A stretch of 57,052 nt of DNA, counting the filler, from Catajapyx aquilonaris (taxonomy: Eukaryota): NCBI GenBank assembly GCA_000934665.2. It is 3 parts of 3 records of this genome, joined end to end, with 100 filler letters (N's around TTAATTAATTAA, not from the genome) between each part and the next. Parts side by side here need not be neighbours in the genome. Positions count along the whole stretch, not along the records: positions 1 to 18,889 come from KZ539560.1; 2 more parts are not named here. One strand, 5' to 3'. Below, in pieces: positions 1 to 14,871 of this stretch (positions within the stretch are counted from its first letter, which is position 1; each line of letters begins with the position of its first letter). The position numbers and the translations under genes were made by a program. The notes below the pieces were generated by a model. That model was not told the DNA's origin. It did no database searches and saw only the letters and a program-made list of their open reading frames with translations.

Positions 1-1354
1 AACTTCCTTGAAGAAACAATCCCGCAGCCGTTCTTGCCCATCCCCCAGAGCGCCGCTTCGAACGCCCCTCTCAATATTTCATGGAAAATAAATAAGCGCC
101 GCTGACGTTCACTTGCCGCATACATCAACCTCGTTTTTAGCCTCTCCCTCCCCCAACCCCCTTAACTTAAGTCAACAATGCAAACCAAACGCCGATATTC
201 TTCCACGCCTCCTGACTTAACCGAAAAGGCAAATGTTTGACTTTTGTCCGATTTTGAGCGACAATTGGGAAAACTCCGGAAGCAGCGTTTTACGACTTGG
301 GTGTTATCTCAAGGCAAAGCTTCCTACCTCCTTCTCTCTCTCTCTAGCGAGCTTCCTTCGTCGTCTTAGGCGTCATAAATATGGGGCCTCCTTGTCCCTT
401 TTGTCCTCCGGAACATTATTCCCCGCCCACATAAACCTAGACTGAACCAATTTCCCCCGCATTTCGCCAAGATCTACTTCAATTCCGGGCACAAATAATC
501 ATCCGGACAAAGCCCCGACCACGCCCTACGGTTATATTTCAAGATTTCCTAAATATTTACAAGCCCTCACTAACTCCCTTTTCTTCCCAGGGTAATTGCA
601 AGGCGCACTTAACCTCTTTTTAGTTAATGCTAATTTGTTCGCCATCTTTTATAGGCACATTAAAAAATACAGTAAAATCGATCCGGTTGCGCTTGTAAGA
701 TGGAATTTAGCTGTAGGCAATGCGCAGTGTTGGGAAGTCAAGGACATACCGAAGACTTTATCCTATCCTTCTATGCAACCTATCCGCTTCTTTTGTCTGG
801 CGGGTTGGCCTAGTTGCAGGCGCTCAGAACTACAGGAACATTTTGACTACTATACCTGTGATATGAGTGGTTTTTCTGAACATCAAGCATTATACCAAAA
901 TTGAAAATGTTCTAAAACACCGAGTTACTCCTTTTAAAAATTATTGGCAAATCGACATAATTTCGCGCTCTCACTATTTTTGAATCAACAGCCTTATCAT
1001 CCTTCAAGTTCATTAAATAATATACCCGCAAAAAAATAATGCACGTGTAACTTCATTTTATGTATTGCCCAATCAATTTTTATGAGCAGTTGAGATAATC
1101 TGGTTTCATTATTATCCGCCTGTTGAATCTTCCGCATCCCTGACATTTGACTTGGTTATAACTTACGATGACATTTATTATCCCCAGCGTCATTAAAATA
1201 TTACTAAGTGAAGTGAACGTGCAAATATTGACGTCAGAATTTCCGAATAATCTGGTTCCCCCGAACAATTCAAACCCCCCCCCCCCCTCTCTTCCACAAT
1301 ATACCCAGAACTGACAAAAATGGAGGGTTTCTTAGCATAATTGCGCGTCTGGGA

Positions 1355-1557
1355 NNNNNNNNNNNNNNNNNNNNNNNNNNNNNNNNNNNNNNNNNNNNNN
1401 NNNNNNNNNNNNNNNNNNNNNNNNNNNNNNNNNNNNNNNNNNNNNNNNNNNNNNNNNNNNNNNNNNNNNNNNNNNNNNNNNNNNNNNNNNNNNNNNNNNN
1501 NNNNNNNNNNNNNNNNNNNNNNNNNNNNNNNNNNNNNNNNNNNNNNNNNNNNNNNNN
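1355..1557. other. Assembly gap (N run)
   Basis: Run of N, followed by a poly-G tract. Confidence 0.99.
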
Positions 1558-2275
1558 GGGGGGGGGGGGGGGGAATAGTACAGTCTAATTTAATCTTAGA
1601 ATGGAGTAATTTAATTGAATTGGGAGGAAGTAGGGAGGTGCATGCATCGGGAGTCCAATGGAAGAGACGCACGAAAGCCTTAACACTTGTGCAGCCGCAG
1701 GAATAAATAGGAATCCGGGATCAGTTGTGCAAACTTTCTGCCATTGTTCTGGCTGGCTTGGCCACATGCACTGCAGCGTCTCGCAGACGCCACAACTTCC
1801 TCTTGCGCCACTCACACTATACACTCTATTTCGCGACACAAATATACTCGGCATTATCATTCTTGGACCAACGAGGATTAGGTTTTCCAGCAGGTTGAAG
1901 CGTTATTGCATTTTGGATGACGAATGTGAAAGATGTGCTATTCATGGGTATGCTGCATGCAAATGAGGGAGTTCTGGTAAGAATATTGTGACTCAGGTTG
2001 CTTGTCGGGATGAAAAATACTGTGGTGCAGACTATATGACAGCTGGTGGTGAAGGTTTTATAGTCTATTTGTTTCATAACTGGTGTTGACATCCTAGTGC
2101 AACGCGGGATTCACGCTAGTATGCATGAGGCAGAGTGTATAATGTCCGTTCAAGGTGAAATTACTTTTTTCGGCAGTGAGAGGATGAAGCTGTTGAGAGA
2201 GATTATCTCTGGGTGTGTAGGTCCACATGCGAGGGCCTGGAAACTTATACATCCAAGTGCAATCACACAATAAAG

Positions 2276-2513
2276 GACCTGAAGTGCAGAGCGATCACAA
2301 TAAAAATAATTTTGACCGGAATTGAGTTTGGCATTGCGATATGTAGTCTTTGGCTCGCACTTTTTTATGGTTATTGCAGTGCTTTCCAAGAGAAATTATG
2401 CAGAAATGTTAGGAAAAAACTACTCCAACAAGAGCTATTGCAATGTTCAAACTTCATACTCGAATATTTCGACATTAGTTAGATGTTACTCTGATCGTTC
2501 TGCATTTCAGGTC
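2276..2513. mobile_element. Small MITE-like element
   Basis: GACCTGAAGTGCAGAGCGATCA (2276-2297) is the reverse complement of TGATCGTTCTGCATTTCAGGTC (2492-2513) with 2 mismatches. No coding content; TSD not clear. Confidence 0.55.
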
Positions 2514-5500
2514 TTCATATCGCAACTTCTTGCGCTTTTGCTAGTTAAAAAAAAAAAATGGTTCGAAATGGGCCAGCACCTTTTCCTATAATCTGATCAG
2601 CATCAGAAATTCGAGTTAGACAAATTGTGGTGAAGTTAATAATTCAGATGGATTGAAAATAATAACCACACACGTGCGGAATAAGAAAAAAAGGGCATAG
2701 TCTCCACTAACAGTTTCTCAAAACTCTAACAGTAAGTATAATGGAGCGAATATATAGATTAATGCCAGTAACTGAAAAAATATCCATGTAGCATTGTTGA
2801 TTCACCTCGTCTCCTCCTTTGCCAGAATAAATTCAAGCACTTCTCACTCAAGTCGCCTTCTTTTAGTATCCTACATAGATTACTACTGTAGATCCTCTGG
2901 ATAGTGAGAAGAATCATCTACCTTCGGCATATTAGTTTCTATCAATATCTGAATACCTATATAATTTCCTAAGGAATAAAAAATGTATTTCCCTGCGCTC
3001 TATATAGTCGAGAAAAGCATTTACCCTTTGGGCGGCATCTTGTGTTTATTGATGTCTACCCATTGTCACACACATGCCTAATTTCGGCCATGTCAACGTT
3101 AAAGGCTCATGCTATACTGTATAATATATCCTGATGGATATACAGGGGTATACCTCATGTTTCAAAATTGATCTCATATCCAATTATCGATAAAAATGTT
3201 GCGGACCCTACTAATCATCTCACCTTCAAGTGTGGCCGTGAGTTACACACATCTTCAGAAAGCCCACTTTATTTTACAAACACAAATATGAGCTCAATTC
3301 CGAAACACAGCACAGCATGCATAAGTTATATTGCATGTGTCACAACTGTTATTGGTTAAAGTCTTGCTTGTGCTTTTTTGCAACGGTGGGTGTGTGAGAA
3401 TACATCCAATGATGTAGTAGTCTGTCAATAGTGCACATCGCAGTCGCAAATACACTACAGAGACTGTGGAATTCATGCATGATTAGAGTTAATTTTAAAT
3501 GCAACATCACCATCGCAAGGCCACTAGATGGTCAACCAAAAAATGTGAGTGTCATTTTGTAGGAAAGTCACACACACAATACATTTTTAAGGTTGCATGC
3601 ATCTCATGCACTTGTACAGAAAAAAAGTCATTCTACCGTATATTGTAGTGCAGATCACAGCGACTGCAGTATGTCTTATGTAAAAGCTTACAAAACCACA
3701 ACAAAAGTAATTAGAATCAAGTTCGCTCAAATGACTTCACATAATAACGTCATGAACCAAAGTTACTTTTCAGCTAACAGCATGCCACAATTCACATGAA
3801 GTGGAAGTAAGTTTCTTTGTTTCACAAAGGCTGAGACTTTCCACCAGTGCTTAGACCGTTTCATGTCCAGCAGTTTCTACTTCTCCTCCAGCACATAAAA
3901 GCTCCAAACGCTTCGATTGTACCCATTTTCTTACCGCAAAATAAATATCGCCAAAGCCTTTGCCATGTAAAGTAAGGGATTCGCAGACATAATCACAAAG
4001 GCAGCTTTCTCCAACTTCAGTCATAAGTCTGAAGGCGGATATTAAATGTTGAATGTCTTGAGGGAGAAGGTTTTGAGAGCTAGAAAAAAAAAATACAGTG
4101 AGGGCTGTGCGATTGCAAAGATCTGAAAGGGGGCAGCCATGTAAGGGGGTGGAAGGTGGGGAGGGGGTTTTGCTGAAAAGGTGCTGGCGGCGCTGCTTAT
4201 TCTGCAAAGAGAGCCGGCTGAGGAAGAGTTTGTATAGCGAGAGTGGAGGTAAGCTAGTGAAGGTCTATAATATCCATCCGGGCTGCAGTGCGGATACAGG
4301 GAAATGGAGTATTTCGAACACGTCTTGCGCTCCACTTGGAAGAAAGATAAAGAGGCTAAGCTGCTCTATATGCAATCGGGGCGGGCTTTCTTTGGGGGGC
4401 CCGGAGGATGACAGCCCTGGATATAGCTCCTCGGGGCAGGCATTAGGGAGGGTCTTTTCCTCCCACTCTCTCCCCACTTTTCACTGTCTCCATCCGGAAT
4501 CGCGGAAGAAGATCCGAGAGGGACTAAGATAAGCCCCCCTCTCGACTTGGGCCAACCATAGACTCGGCCATTCCATTATTCATTTCCCGCTATGACATCC
4601 AAATTCCAAAGCGCAATCTCTGTGACATATGTAGCCGCCATGCTGGAGGCGGGAATCTCATTACTGTTTCTGCCATGCGCCAGGGGAAGGAAAGGAAGGC
4701 AAGAAAAGCAAGGCGGGGGAGCGGTCTAGGGGGAAGGAGGGGGGGGAGAATGAGAGGATGGGGGGGATGTAAGGGGAGTTGGTTCCAGTCTTCACCATTT
4801 TCTCCCCAGCTCATTTTTCAACATTTATTTGCTTCCCCGGCGAACTTCTAATTAACGGCAGCCCCCTATCATGGCGCAGGAGATCCAATTTGGGCCGGAA
4901 TTATTCTTACCGCCATTGGTGAATCGCTTGGCGGGGGTGGGAAGGCAAGGGAGGGGCGAGGGAAAAGTGGAGCCTAATGTCTTCTAACCCGGGAGGAAGG
5001 AAAGAATCCCATTTAACTCCCGCCGAGTGCAGAGATGTGGAGGGCTTTTATTCCGAAGGGGACTTGCGGACTCGAGCGCCAGGCCCTGCTGAAACTCGGC
5101 TTAGACTGGCTGCAGGCTTCCTCCTCGCCCGGATTCATTTGCAAAATAAGAGAGGCAAAGTTTTGAATGAAGGTCCCCGGAGACGTACATAGGCTTTTGG
5201 AGCTCCGGCTCCAGGGGGGCCTCAGGCACTTTGCAGCATGAAAAGGACCCCGTTTGAGCTTGATGAAGGCGAGCTTCCATCCACGCCCCGGATAAAATCA
5301 CCCCCTTCAAGCCTTATTCCTTTTCCTTCCAACCTTCTTCTTCTTACATAGCCATCAAGCCTTAGCCATTGCCTCTGTAACGTACCCACCAGCTGCTGCT
5401 CCTCCCTGAAACCCATATACAAAATGGCGGCCGCGCTTCTCCCCAACCAACACTGACCATTAACAAATGTGTGCTCGGGCAAAGAGAGGATCATCCGGTG

Positions 5501-8500
5501 TAACTCACTAATACTACCCTTCAGAACTGGGTGCGTGAAATGCCCCGTAAGTGGAGCTGACAAGTGAGGCAATCGAAACACTTTTTTTTAGGGGGAAACA
5601 GAAGGCCTCTCGAGCACGAAAATGGTTTCAGGAATGACTGCGGTTTAGATGTCATATCCAGTTTCAAGACGTGTCATGACCATTGCGGTTGGTTCGGAAT
5701 TTTTTTACAGGAAGATGTATGGTAGGGTGGCTCGATATCCGTGCGATTTTAAATAATGTGGAGCCGGGTGACGTGCTGAATACTTCGATTATTGAAATCT
5801 CATTTAAGCGGGTAGAATTATAGGGGACTGGAAAGATATGTGTGCTTGATTTCCGCTCAGATGAACCATCTGCTCATTATTAGAGAGAATATTAGGATTT
5901 CTCTAGTAGCAAGCTCGTTACTATAAGACATAATGTGGAATGCAACACAATAGTCACAATCGCACGCAATTTGAGGATAATAGTACGCTTAATGAGAGGC
6001 GAAAAAAGCAGTCGCTTTAGCGACCTAGGCTGTAATAAAATTAGGCTCGCTTCCGACTTTTTATAAACCTACATTACACTACGGCTCGCATTAATTATGG
6101 GCAAGTTGGATGTCCCAGCCTCATCGTATTCGGGCGTAAAACACGATTTTTTTTCCCTTCCCCTTCTCCGCTATTTTTGTTCAGTTGAACCACTCTGTGG
6201 TCTGCCTGAGCTAAACGGATGTGGAGCACTTTTTTTTGCTCTCAAATCCCTTCTGAACATGAAAGTTGAAGCTGTTTTGGTCGGAATACATACAGTTTTT
6301 TTCGCGTTTAATCTCCACCAGAAAAAAAGGGGGGGAGGTGTGGTTGAAAAATTTTCCGTGGAATTTAAGCTGGCATTGTTGGAGCCATTAATGAGGCTTC
6401 TTGCCAAGTGCGTCGCATTTAATTCTTGGTCACATCAAATCAAACTCATTAGGCTAGCTGGCTCTATTTGTTCTGAAGCATACATATTTTGCCAAGTGAA
6501 CTGTGCAAGTCTTCAGGATTTTCTTCCCTGAATGCCAGTGCTCACTCAGCGAATTGTAAGCGAGCTGACTTTTAATAATCAACTGAGAGAAAATCCTGCT
6601 GCTGGAAACCAGTCCTTTCCCCCCCCCCCCCCCCNCCCCCCCCCTCCTCTCTCTTTTCTATACAGACCGTCAAATAGGCTTTCCAGGGAGCCTCTTGAAA
6701 TGTCTCGAAATTTCTCTGCATTTTCCGCAGCGGACCCTATACATTTTACTTTTCAAATCTCTCTGCAGTTGATTTTGCTTTTGCAGTTGCTAGGCAGTGT
6801 CACGGCTGCGCTGAATTTAGCATGGGGGAGAATCATTAGTACAGGGTGAATGGAAAGTCTTCAAAAGCTGATGGAAAACACTGGATTCTTAGACAAGTTT
6901 TAAGTCCATGGGTGGTAAAATTGAGCATCTTCTTACATTCATTTGAGGGGGGCGGGGAGGAATGTACATTGAAGTAAAAACTGGTTATTTTTCTACATCA
7001 TAACTGTCACCGTAAGTTTAAATTTGCAACATAATAATACGTGGAAATAACAGGAAAAGGTGGATTAAGTGGAATGATAAAGTGGAAATTATTTCGGTTT
7101 CTTTTCAAAACAAGACAATCTGGAATGTATCAGAATGAATAGTGTGTGACAAATACTTCCAACTATTCATTATTGTATATGTCAAAGAGTCTTCCTTTAT
7201 CTGTGCTTGTGTGAATAAAAAATATTTCCATTTACCTTTCTACTAATATACGCGGAGATAACTGCTTGATTCTTTTCACTTACTATAAGTGAAAAATTCC
7301 AATAGTACAGTATACAGTCTGCATGCCTTATATTCAATTTACTGGCCGTCTTCACCACATGTTTGTACCACGGTATGCACAGTACACAGCTCGCATGCTC
7401 TTAGACAAGCGAAAACATAGTTCGAGTGCTTTTCCTAAGATCCTCCCAGGGCTCCCCTAAAATTTTCCAGACCCAGTTCAAAATATTTCTCATCCGCGGC
7501 TACCTGCAGGCCGCAAACAACTCCTCTGCAACTTGGGTGCAGCATATACACGTTCCAATATGTCTGAAGGTCGTGAAGCTGTGTACAGCACAGTCTGCCG
7601 CTTGGGCGTGGCAAATAAGTGCGGTCAATGCAATAAGATGGAACTGCTGGAGGATGGAACCGATGCTGCGCAATAAGTAGGCCTAGTGTTGATTAAGGTA
7701 ATGGGAGGAAATCCTTGCGGCTACTTATGAGCGAAGCGAGTCTGCTGCTGCTGTTGCCTGTTGAGATGAGGATGGTGCTGGCCTCAGGAAATGGCACTGG
7801 TAGGCCTTGTTTATCCACCAGCAATTAATCATGGAACACATCAGCAGCAAACCTTGGAGCCCGGGCTAAGATGGGGGGAGGGGATTTGCTAAGGGTGAAA
7901 AATGGAGGATGCCGCCACATTAGAGCGGCTAAAGAGCGCCAGCTGCTGGAAATTACACCGTGAGAAGATCTTTTCAATCAGGAACTTGTAACGATGATTA
8001 ATTTCGTGCGACGTCGCTACGGCGCTATCCTTCCATATATTTTGGCCGACTGCTTGTATTGCACCTCAAAACCAAGGGGATGCTGCTAAATGAGATTAAC
8101 AAGGTACACAAGCTATCACGGCTTCCACTTTTGCAGCCTTATCTCTCGCGGCGCAGATCCTTAATGCCAAATCGCTTGCCTTCAGCACATCAACCCAACC
8201 TGCAGCCTTGCTAATTTGTTTTTAATAAACACCCAATTCTCTATCACTAATTTTATTACCGCCCAACAATCTCTACACGCCTTCTAATTTGCTGTTTACA
8301 TGGGAAATTTTACGTGGGGTGCTACCTTTTTCGCCCGAATTCTTACGCCCTGATGACTCAATTTAACTCTATATACACTGCCACTGAATAGCGCAGATAG
8401 AAAAGGTAAACTCGGCAGATGGTGTAACAAAAAGATAGCATGCGAAAAGATAAGTAAGAGCTAGCTAATAAGCATATTTTGCATGAACCTCTAATGGAAA

Positions 8501-11500
8501 AATATTCAGCCATGCAAGTAACAGTATTCAGCTGAATAAATGCAGAGAAAGAATTCATATTAACATTCGATGATTTCGACCAGGAAGCGCGTTTAAATTT
8601 TTTAGCATGTCAACTTGTCACCTATAAGTAATGCAGTAAAGTTTGTATTCTATTCACATTGGCCACGTGTTCTTTAAAAATGTGATTATACCAGTACATG
8701 TATGTATTGTACAGATATACTTATTCGCAGATCAATTTTGAACTCACAGATTGCCGAGAACTTTGAATAATATACCCATACAGAATGTGAATCATGTTTC
8801 GACGGTGCAGCACCACATATAGCCACAAAGTGCTTCACAATCTCTCATTCTGTGAATTACGCTACACGGCAAATTTCGAGTAGGCTACAATACTCTCTTT
8901 GCTCGTATAGTATATAACATATACTGGAGATGATGCAAAACTGTGCACACCTCCTATTTTAAGTAATACCGTATATCTACGCGACAAAAGGATGTTGCAT
9001 CACGTTCTAGTAGAGTAACCCTTGCGTATATACAAATATGAAGCCTACTAATTATTCAAAAACGAATGTACAAATGTGGATAACAATTCAGTTATGGCAC
9101 AATATTGAGACCCCCAATATTTTTCGGCAGCCAAACTTTCAAAGGTGACTACAAAGTGTACTGCTCAGAATTTATTTACTATATATGCACGGCCCATGCG
9201 ACGTGTCAAAAAAAGAGAGACAAAAATAATTCGTCAAGTTTGATAGTTATCTTACCATAGATGAAGCTTAAAATTTGATCAAAACCACACAATATTTTGC
9301 ATGCGGACATTCGTTTTTATCGTCTGTGCAGGTTTCACGCATTTTTTTACAAACTCGAGTGAAAATATCACTGAGCACTGAATTTGAAGAAACTTCCAGA
9401 CCGACATCTTCCTTGTTCTGTCTCGTATTAATCAGATGTCTGACAAATTTACTTCCCTCCAAACGTTCAATTATACGTGTCTCATATGTATATAATCTAA
9501 AACTTCAGTAATTCTTACATTCACGCAGCTCGTAATGCACAGTACATGAAATCTACGTGCCATTCATCAATTTCGGCACTAATAACAGTACCTTAAAAAT
9601 TCCTCCATCAAACCATCGTACCATAGTCTCAGAGTGTATTTATAGTCGACCTTGAGTGTATTTCGCACGTTGACTTCCTCCAAACACGACGAGGTGCTAG
9701 ATCAAAACCACCCGCTCAGATGCTACCAGAGACACATCGAAGCCTACCCAGGCCTCTGAGGAAATTGTGAAAGGAAGCTCCTTATTAATGTGGAGTCTTG
9801 CAAACTACAAACGACGAGAATTCCAATGAAGTAAAAATATTAATTGCACTGGAGGGTTATATACAGGCTCGTTCAACTCGACTTTTTCCGGGGGCCCTTA
9901 TTTTTACCCTCGTTTCCACTTTTAAACCCGGTTCCCCAGCGCAATAACACGAGATTTATTTGAGTGGTGGCCACTACGGAAAGAGATAACGGCCCTGGTA
10001 TAAATTCTCAGAAACTCAATCAAGTATTAATTTGAAGGTCCGGCAGCAGCAGAACAATGCAGTGGGATTGAAATAGTTTCCGTATATATACACTAGTGAT
10101 AGAAGTTAAGAATAACGAGGTCTAAGTGCGCTGTGCAGTAGTTCGGGTCCACTGCATAATGAATCCAGGGATCTAAAACTTCCGCAGAGGTATGTAGGAA
10201 ACCCTAGCCTGGTTAGGAGTCGCAAACTGCTTTGCTGCAAAGAGGGGATGGGAAGGGGGGGGGGGGGTGAAAAACCATGTCCCATAATTAGTGTAAGTGA
10301 TACGAATGCAGTTCATTACGGCAAGAGTCACGGACACGAGATGTAGCTCTTTCTTCGTGTCCGATTACTGGCAATTAGAATGGCAATAAAGGGCGGAAAT
10401 ATAGGGGGCTTCTTCCCCAGGCCTAAGATTGCAACGATCAGGCTTTGCAGATGACGCGCCAGCAAACTCAGCTAAAGTATAAAAAAAATACTCGTAAAAA
10501 AACAAGCACCGTTAAAGCTTCATAATTATGAGCTGAGTTACCATTCCTCTGAGTTGAAATTACTAGATATGGAAAGCAATAACTGTCGCCAATTCCCAGC
10601 GATTTATGAGCTCTTGTCTCATCTACCAAGAATTAATTCGCTGCTGCTTCTGACGTTACACTTTCAACCGAAGTCATATAGAGGACAGATTGTAAGTTGA
10701 TTCCATTTAAGTGTCCTAGCTTGTATCCGCAAACACCAAGTCACGAAACATGCCACAAGAAAAAATAATCCAGTGTTAGTTACGTGCTAACTACTAATGA
10801 AGAGATCGGGTAAAGTGGACTGAATAAAAGCTCGTTTGTAAATGCGCCTACTGTGAAATTCACGAGGCTCTCTTTGCCGCTGCCTTCCAAAAAAAAAACA
10901 CATCCAGGCTAATTCGCACTCAGATAAAACCCCCGGCTACTAAACGCAAATCGAGCACTTTTTTTTCATCATCACCACCAGCCCAGCTACATAAAATTCG
11001 CAGCATTCTTGCCATCTCCCGCTCTCAAAATGGCAGAATCAAAAATGAGAGCACATCAACTGAAGGCCTTCTTTCACGGCCAGCAAAAGCAAAATGCTGA
11101 GGTGGACAAAGGAGAGCCGGATGTTTCGGACTGTGTGCATTTTGCCTATTAAAATCGCCGTCGGCTGCTGGCGAAAAAGCGCTCAGTTACTCCGCTCATA
11201 ACGGCCACGTGCATGTGTGAAAATATCCGCCTTTTTTAGCACGCTGGTATATATGGGGGAAAAAAAGACTGATAGCTTCATTCCAAGACAGTGACAAAGG
11301 CTTTCGCTCCGTGGTAATGCGATTTTTCTGACCGGCACACAGCATTAAACGGACATTAATGAGCTCCGGATGGTGGAAAAAATTAAATAACATCCAAACC
11401 CAACTGGCTAGAACCTTTTAAAAAATTCCAGAGCGGAGGTTTTGCATTTATTCACTCAATTATTGTGATTAAAGTAGTCGAAAATCGCACGAGAAAATCA

Positions 11501-12761
11501 GCTCTTGGCCGCCATTTCGTTTCCGCGGCATAGACTTGCTGAAAATATACCCGCGGATTCTTCTAGTTTAAAACCGTTTGTAGAACTTTTTTTGGGATCG
11601 GTTCTGATCAGAAAGTCCGAAGCAATAAACCCAACTCCTTTGCAGAAACAGTGCGGTAAACTAGAACTAGATTTTGGATAATGGCAGCCATTTCCTTTGC
11701 CACGTGCGGTTGGGTAGTGGATTGCGATTCCTCTGCCTTTGGCAAAGTTGGAGGTTCGATTCTCAGTTTTGCGGCGACTTCTTAGCGGCTGATGTGACCG
11801 TTATTGAAACCGCGCCGCCGAAACTCTCGCCTCGACATTTTAGTTCAAGAATGACGTCGCCAACAATAGCCATCCGGCTCTTGAAATGTGGCCGACCAGA
11901 CCAGAAGCTTGGACCCCAAATATTACGATCTGGGTTGGTCATTTTAGTTCCGGTTTATCAGAGGTGGCTAAGCCTCACCAACATCGGACACCCGGATAAT
12001 AAAAAAATGAAAGACACACTGAATCGGTCGCCGGATACAAAAATAAAACCGGTTAGACTTCTTCGGATAAACTCGCTCGCCCAGAACTGGTCATCTGTAA
12101 AATCCAGTAGCCATGAACGAAAAAGAAGTGGCGGCAGATGCTGTGCTTTTCCCACACCTTCATTTCTCACGGTTTCAAAAAACAGTCCGGTTTTTGCTGT
12201 CTGCTTCATTTAATACCGGGGGACGCCATCGGGTTATAGTCTAGTTAGGGGGAGACTCGGGGGAAAGTTGACGGCCAATGCGATCGGATCGGCCCGCTTG
12301 CATCCCGCCGCTATTGCCCCCGGATCGGATCGGCCTAAAAACGCGTTTTATTTCATAATTTAGTACAACGCACAAAGTTCCACTCGATTTTATACCAAAA
12401 AAATGTGCACCGAATCGGTTTGGTCCAAATCGGGTGATATACCGGGCAGTAATGAAGTCGGAGAGAACTAAGATGCAATGTCCGAGAAAGTTAAGTGACC
12501 AATGGGCAGGCCCTTGGGTTTGAGATCCAGGCGGCAGCAGCGGTTGGACCATGTAGGATCGCGTAGGATATCAGCAGCGCAAGCAAGAGAGAGAGCCTTT
12601 GCGCAAGGAGCAAGTGTTCCCTGGCGCCTGTGTCCTCCTGGGCGCCATGGCCAAGGAAAAGGGATGGGATGCGAAAGAGAGCACTGGCATGTATGTCACC
12701 GGAGGTCGCATCACATATGAATACACGCACACACACACGTCGTTGAATGAATAAAGTATAC

Positions 12762-13264
12762 CTGGACGGCCGCGGCGGCTGCGGCGGTTGCATCTGGAGA
12801 CGAAGATGAGGACGACGAAGAAGTGGGTAGACGGTGGTGGTGGTGGTGGTGATGGTGGTGATGGGGTCCTCCGACCAGACACATGGGTGCAGCAAGAGAC
12901 TGATTCCCGGATATCCTTCTCCTGATGCCTTGTTGTTGATGTTGCTGGTGCTGGTTACTGCTGGTGTTATTCTGGTGGTTGTGGTGGTGGTGGTGATGAT
13001 GGTGACCAGATTGGTGTCTTTGTCCTCTGAGGGCACCCCAGAGCGAAGAAGCAGAGGACGAGGCAGCAGAAGAGGAGAGGCGCGGGAAAAGAACTCCGGA
13101 CTCGAGGGTGGGCATGTTGGCACCATAATGGCCATAGAGCGTGGGCAAGGGGATAGTTGTGTGGACAGCAATGAAGTGACGTTCCGGCCGGATGACGTAG
13201 GGCCACCGTGGGAGGTGTCTGCGGTGAGCGCGGACCCGCTCATAATGATACCGAGCAGCGGTCA
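12762..13264 (-). CDS. Candidate low-complexity (His/Ser/Gln/Ala-rich) exon of unknown gene
   Basis: Open frame ...SGHHHHHHHHNHQNN...GGPHHHHHHHHHHRLPTSSSSSSSSPDATAAAAAAVQ with mixed CAC/CAT codons. Bounded by an acceptor-like ttttacattgtccaaacag (G at 13265) and a donor-like CAG|GTATAC (GT at 12761-12760). No recognisable domain. Confidence 0.3.
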
Positions 13265-13286
13265 CTGTTTGGACAATGTAAAACAC

Positions 13287-13385
13287 CAGTGATGGGCAAA
13301 CCTAGTGCAGGCCGCTAAATGACGATTCAATTTAAATCGGGATTCTATTCGCGCGGGGGGCGGCCGGCACACCGATTTCACAGTC
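13287..13385 (+). mobile_element. Possible hAT-type MITE terminus
   Basis: Begins CAGTGATGGGCAAACCT, resembling hAT (Charlie-like) termini. Partner end not found. Confidence 0.25.
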
Positions 13386-14790
13386 CGCACGAGCTGCAGG
13401 CGGGTGCAGCACCGCATTCAATGCTTCGTTTTTCATCTCTCCGCACCACAAGCCCTCTTTCTCTCTCTGCATGTGGATGCTGCATTCGACGCTCTGCTCC
13501 ACATGCAGGATGCCAGGCAGCCCCAGCAGCATAGGGAGACATGCACATGAGGGACTTGTACATATACTGACATGTAGTACATGGGAGTCAAATGGGTGGG
13601 TGACACTTTGCTAAAAGAAATTCCCTATACGACACGTATAGCGTTTAGGTATTGATCAGGAATAATTAATCAGCTCGTGTTTTATGCACAGTCTATAGCA
13701 ATCTTCTTGCATTTAGCGTACCTCTGAGAATACATAGAAGATGTGCAATTCTACAAATAAATTAGCGGCGTAACTCTGACACTATACAACAGCGAAATTG
13801 TAATTTACAGCACTTAAGTGTATATGTTGTAACTCTGTCGTTGTACAGTATACGTATAATGTGTGTATGGAAATCTCGCAGCGGTGCATTGCACAAGATG
13901 TTTATTATTAGAATTCTGGACAATAAGTGGGTAAATGTGAGTCAGAGATTGCCGACATCCGGACCTTTTATGCAGATACTATGCAGTAATTTGGACCTCA
14001 ACTGAATGAATCTAGCTCGTCCTGACCTTTCACTCGTTCTGTTTGCGCTATTGGCAACGGCACAAGTACAGATAATTTAACACTTTTTTTTCGCGAACAG
14101 GAGCATCCTAGAGCTTGCACGTGCGCTTCATACACATAAACGTGCATGAACGAGTATATGGTTCAATGTTGACATGCCGGTTCATCTAGGAGCGTTTTTT
14201 TTCAATATGCGACTTTATGACGGATATGAACTTACGTTATTGAAATAACTTATAAATTGGCTTCTTACTACACATCATAATATGATACATAGGCTATGCC
14301 TTATTTTTCCAACTATTATCGAAAAATAACTCGCAGATGCGTGCATGGTGCTTGATGCTTTACGCTATACTTGTAAGACTAAATTATTGTATGCAAACAG
14401 GAAGTGCCATGCTCGACAATGATTAAGGCTCGACAAATTCATATAACTTAGTATATTACTCAAACTGATATTTACACGTGCATAAGAATCGGAGAAATAG
14501 CAACAAAATTTAGGCACTCCTATTAATAGGGTGTATTTTAAAAGCGATGGTCTTGCCACATAAGGTGATGAAAATCAAGTTGTTTTCTGATGCCTTATTT
14601 TAAGTATAATGAAATTAAAGATGTCTATTTGGTAAAATTGCATCCTGCCTTTCATAATTTTTAAGCGAAATATCAAGAACAAATGAAATGTATACACAGT
14701 ATACACAGCCTTCTTGGCCAATGGCTGTACACTTATTGCACAAAGGGAAACCAAAAGTAAACGGAGCAAACAAGACCTATATATGCGTGT

Positions 14791-14871
14791 CTGACATGAT
14801 TAATGCATCAACATGAGACACCACCACCACCACCAAGACGGTGTCTCATATTGATTCATTAATCATGCCAG
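14791..14871. repeat. Hairpin / tiny MITE remnant
   Basis: CTGACATGATTAATGCATCAACATGAGACACC pairs with GGTGTCTCATATTGATTCATTAATCATGCCAG around a (CAC)n loop. Confidence 0.65.

Noticed and set aside
4100..8300. GC-rich blocks with TAAT/ATTA clusters and 100-144 aa ORFs
   Set aside because: No protein motifs or consistent splice structure. They might be intronic regulatory DNA, but that cannot be supported from sequence alone.
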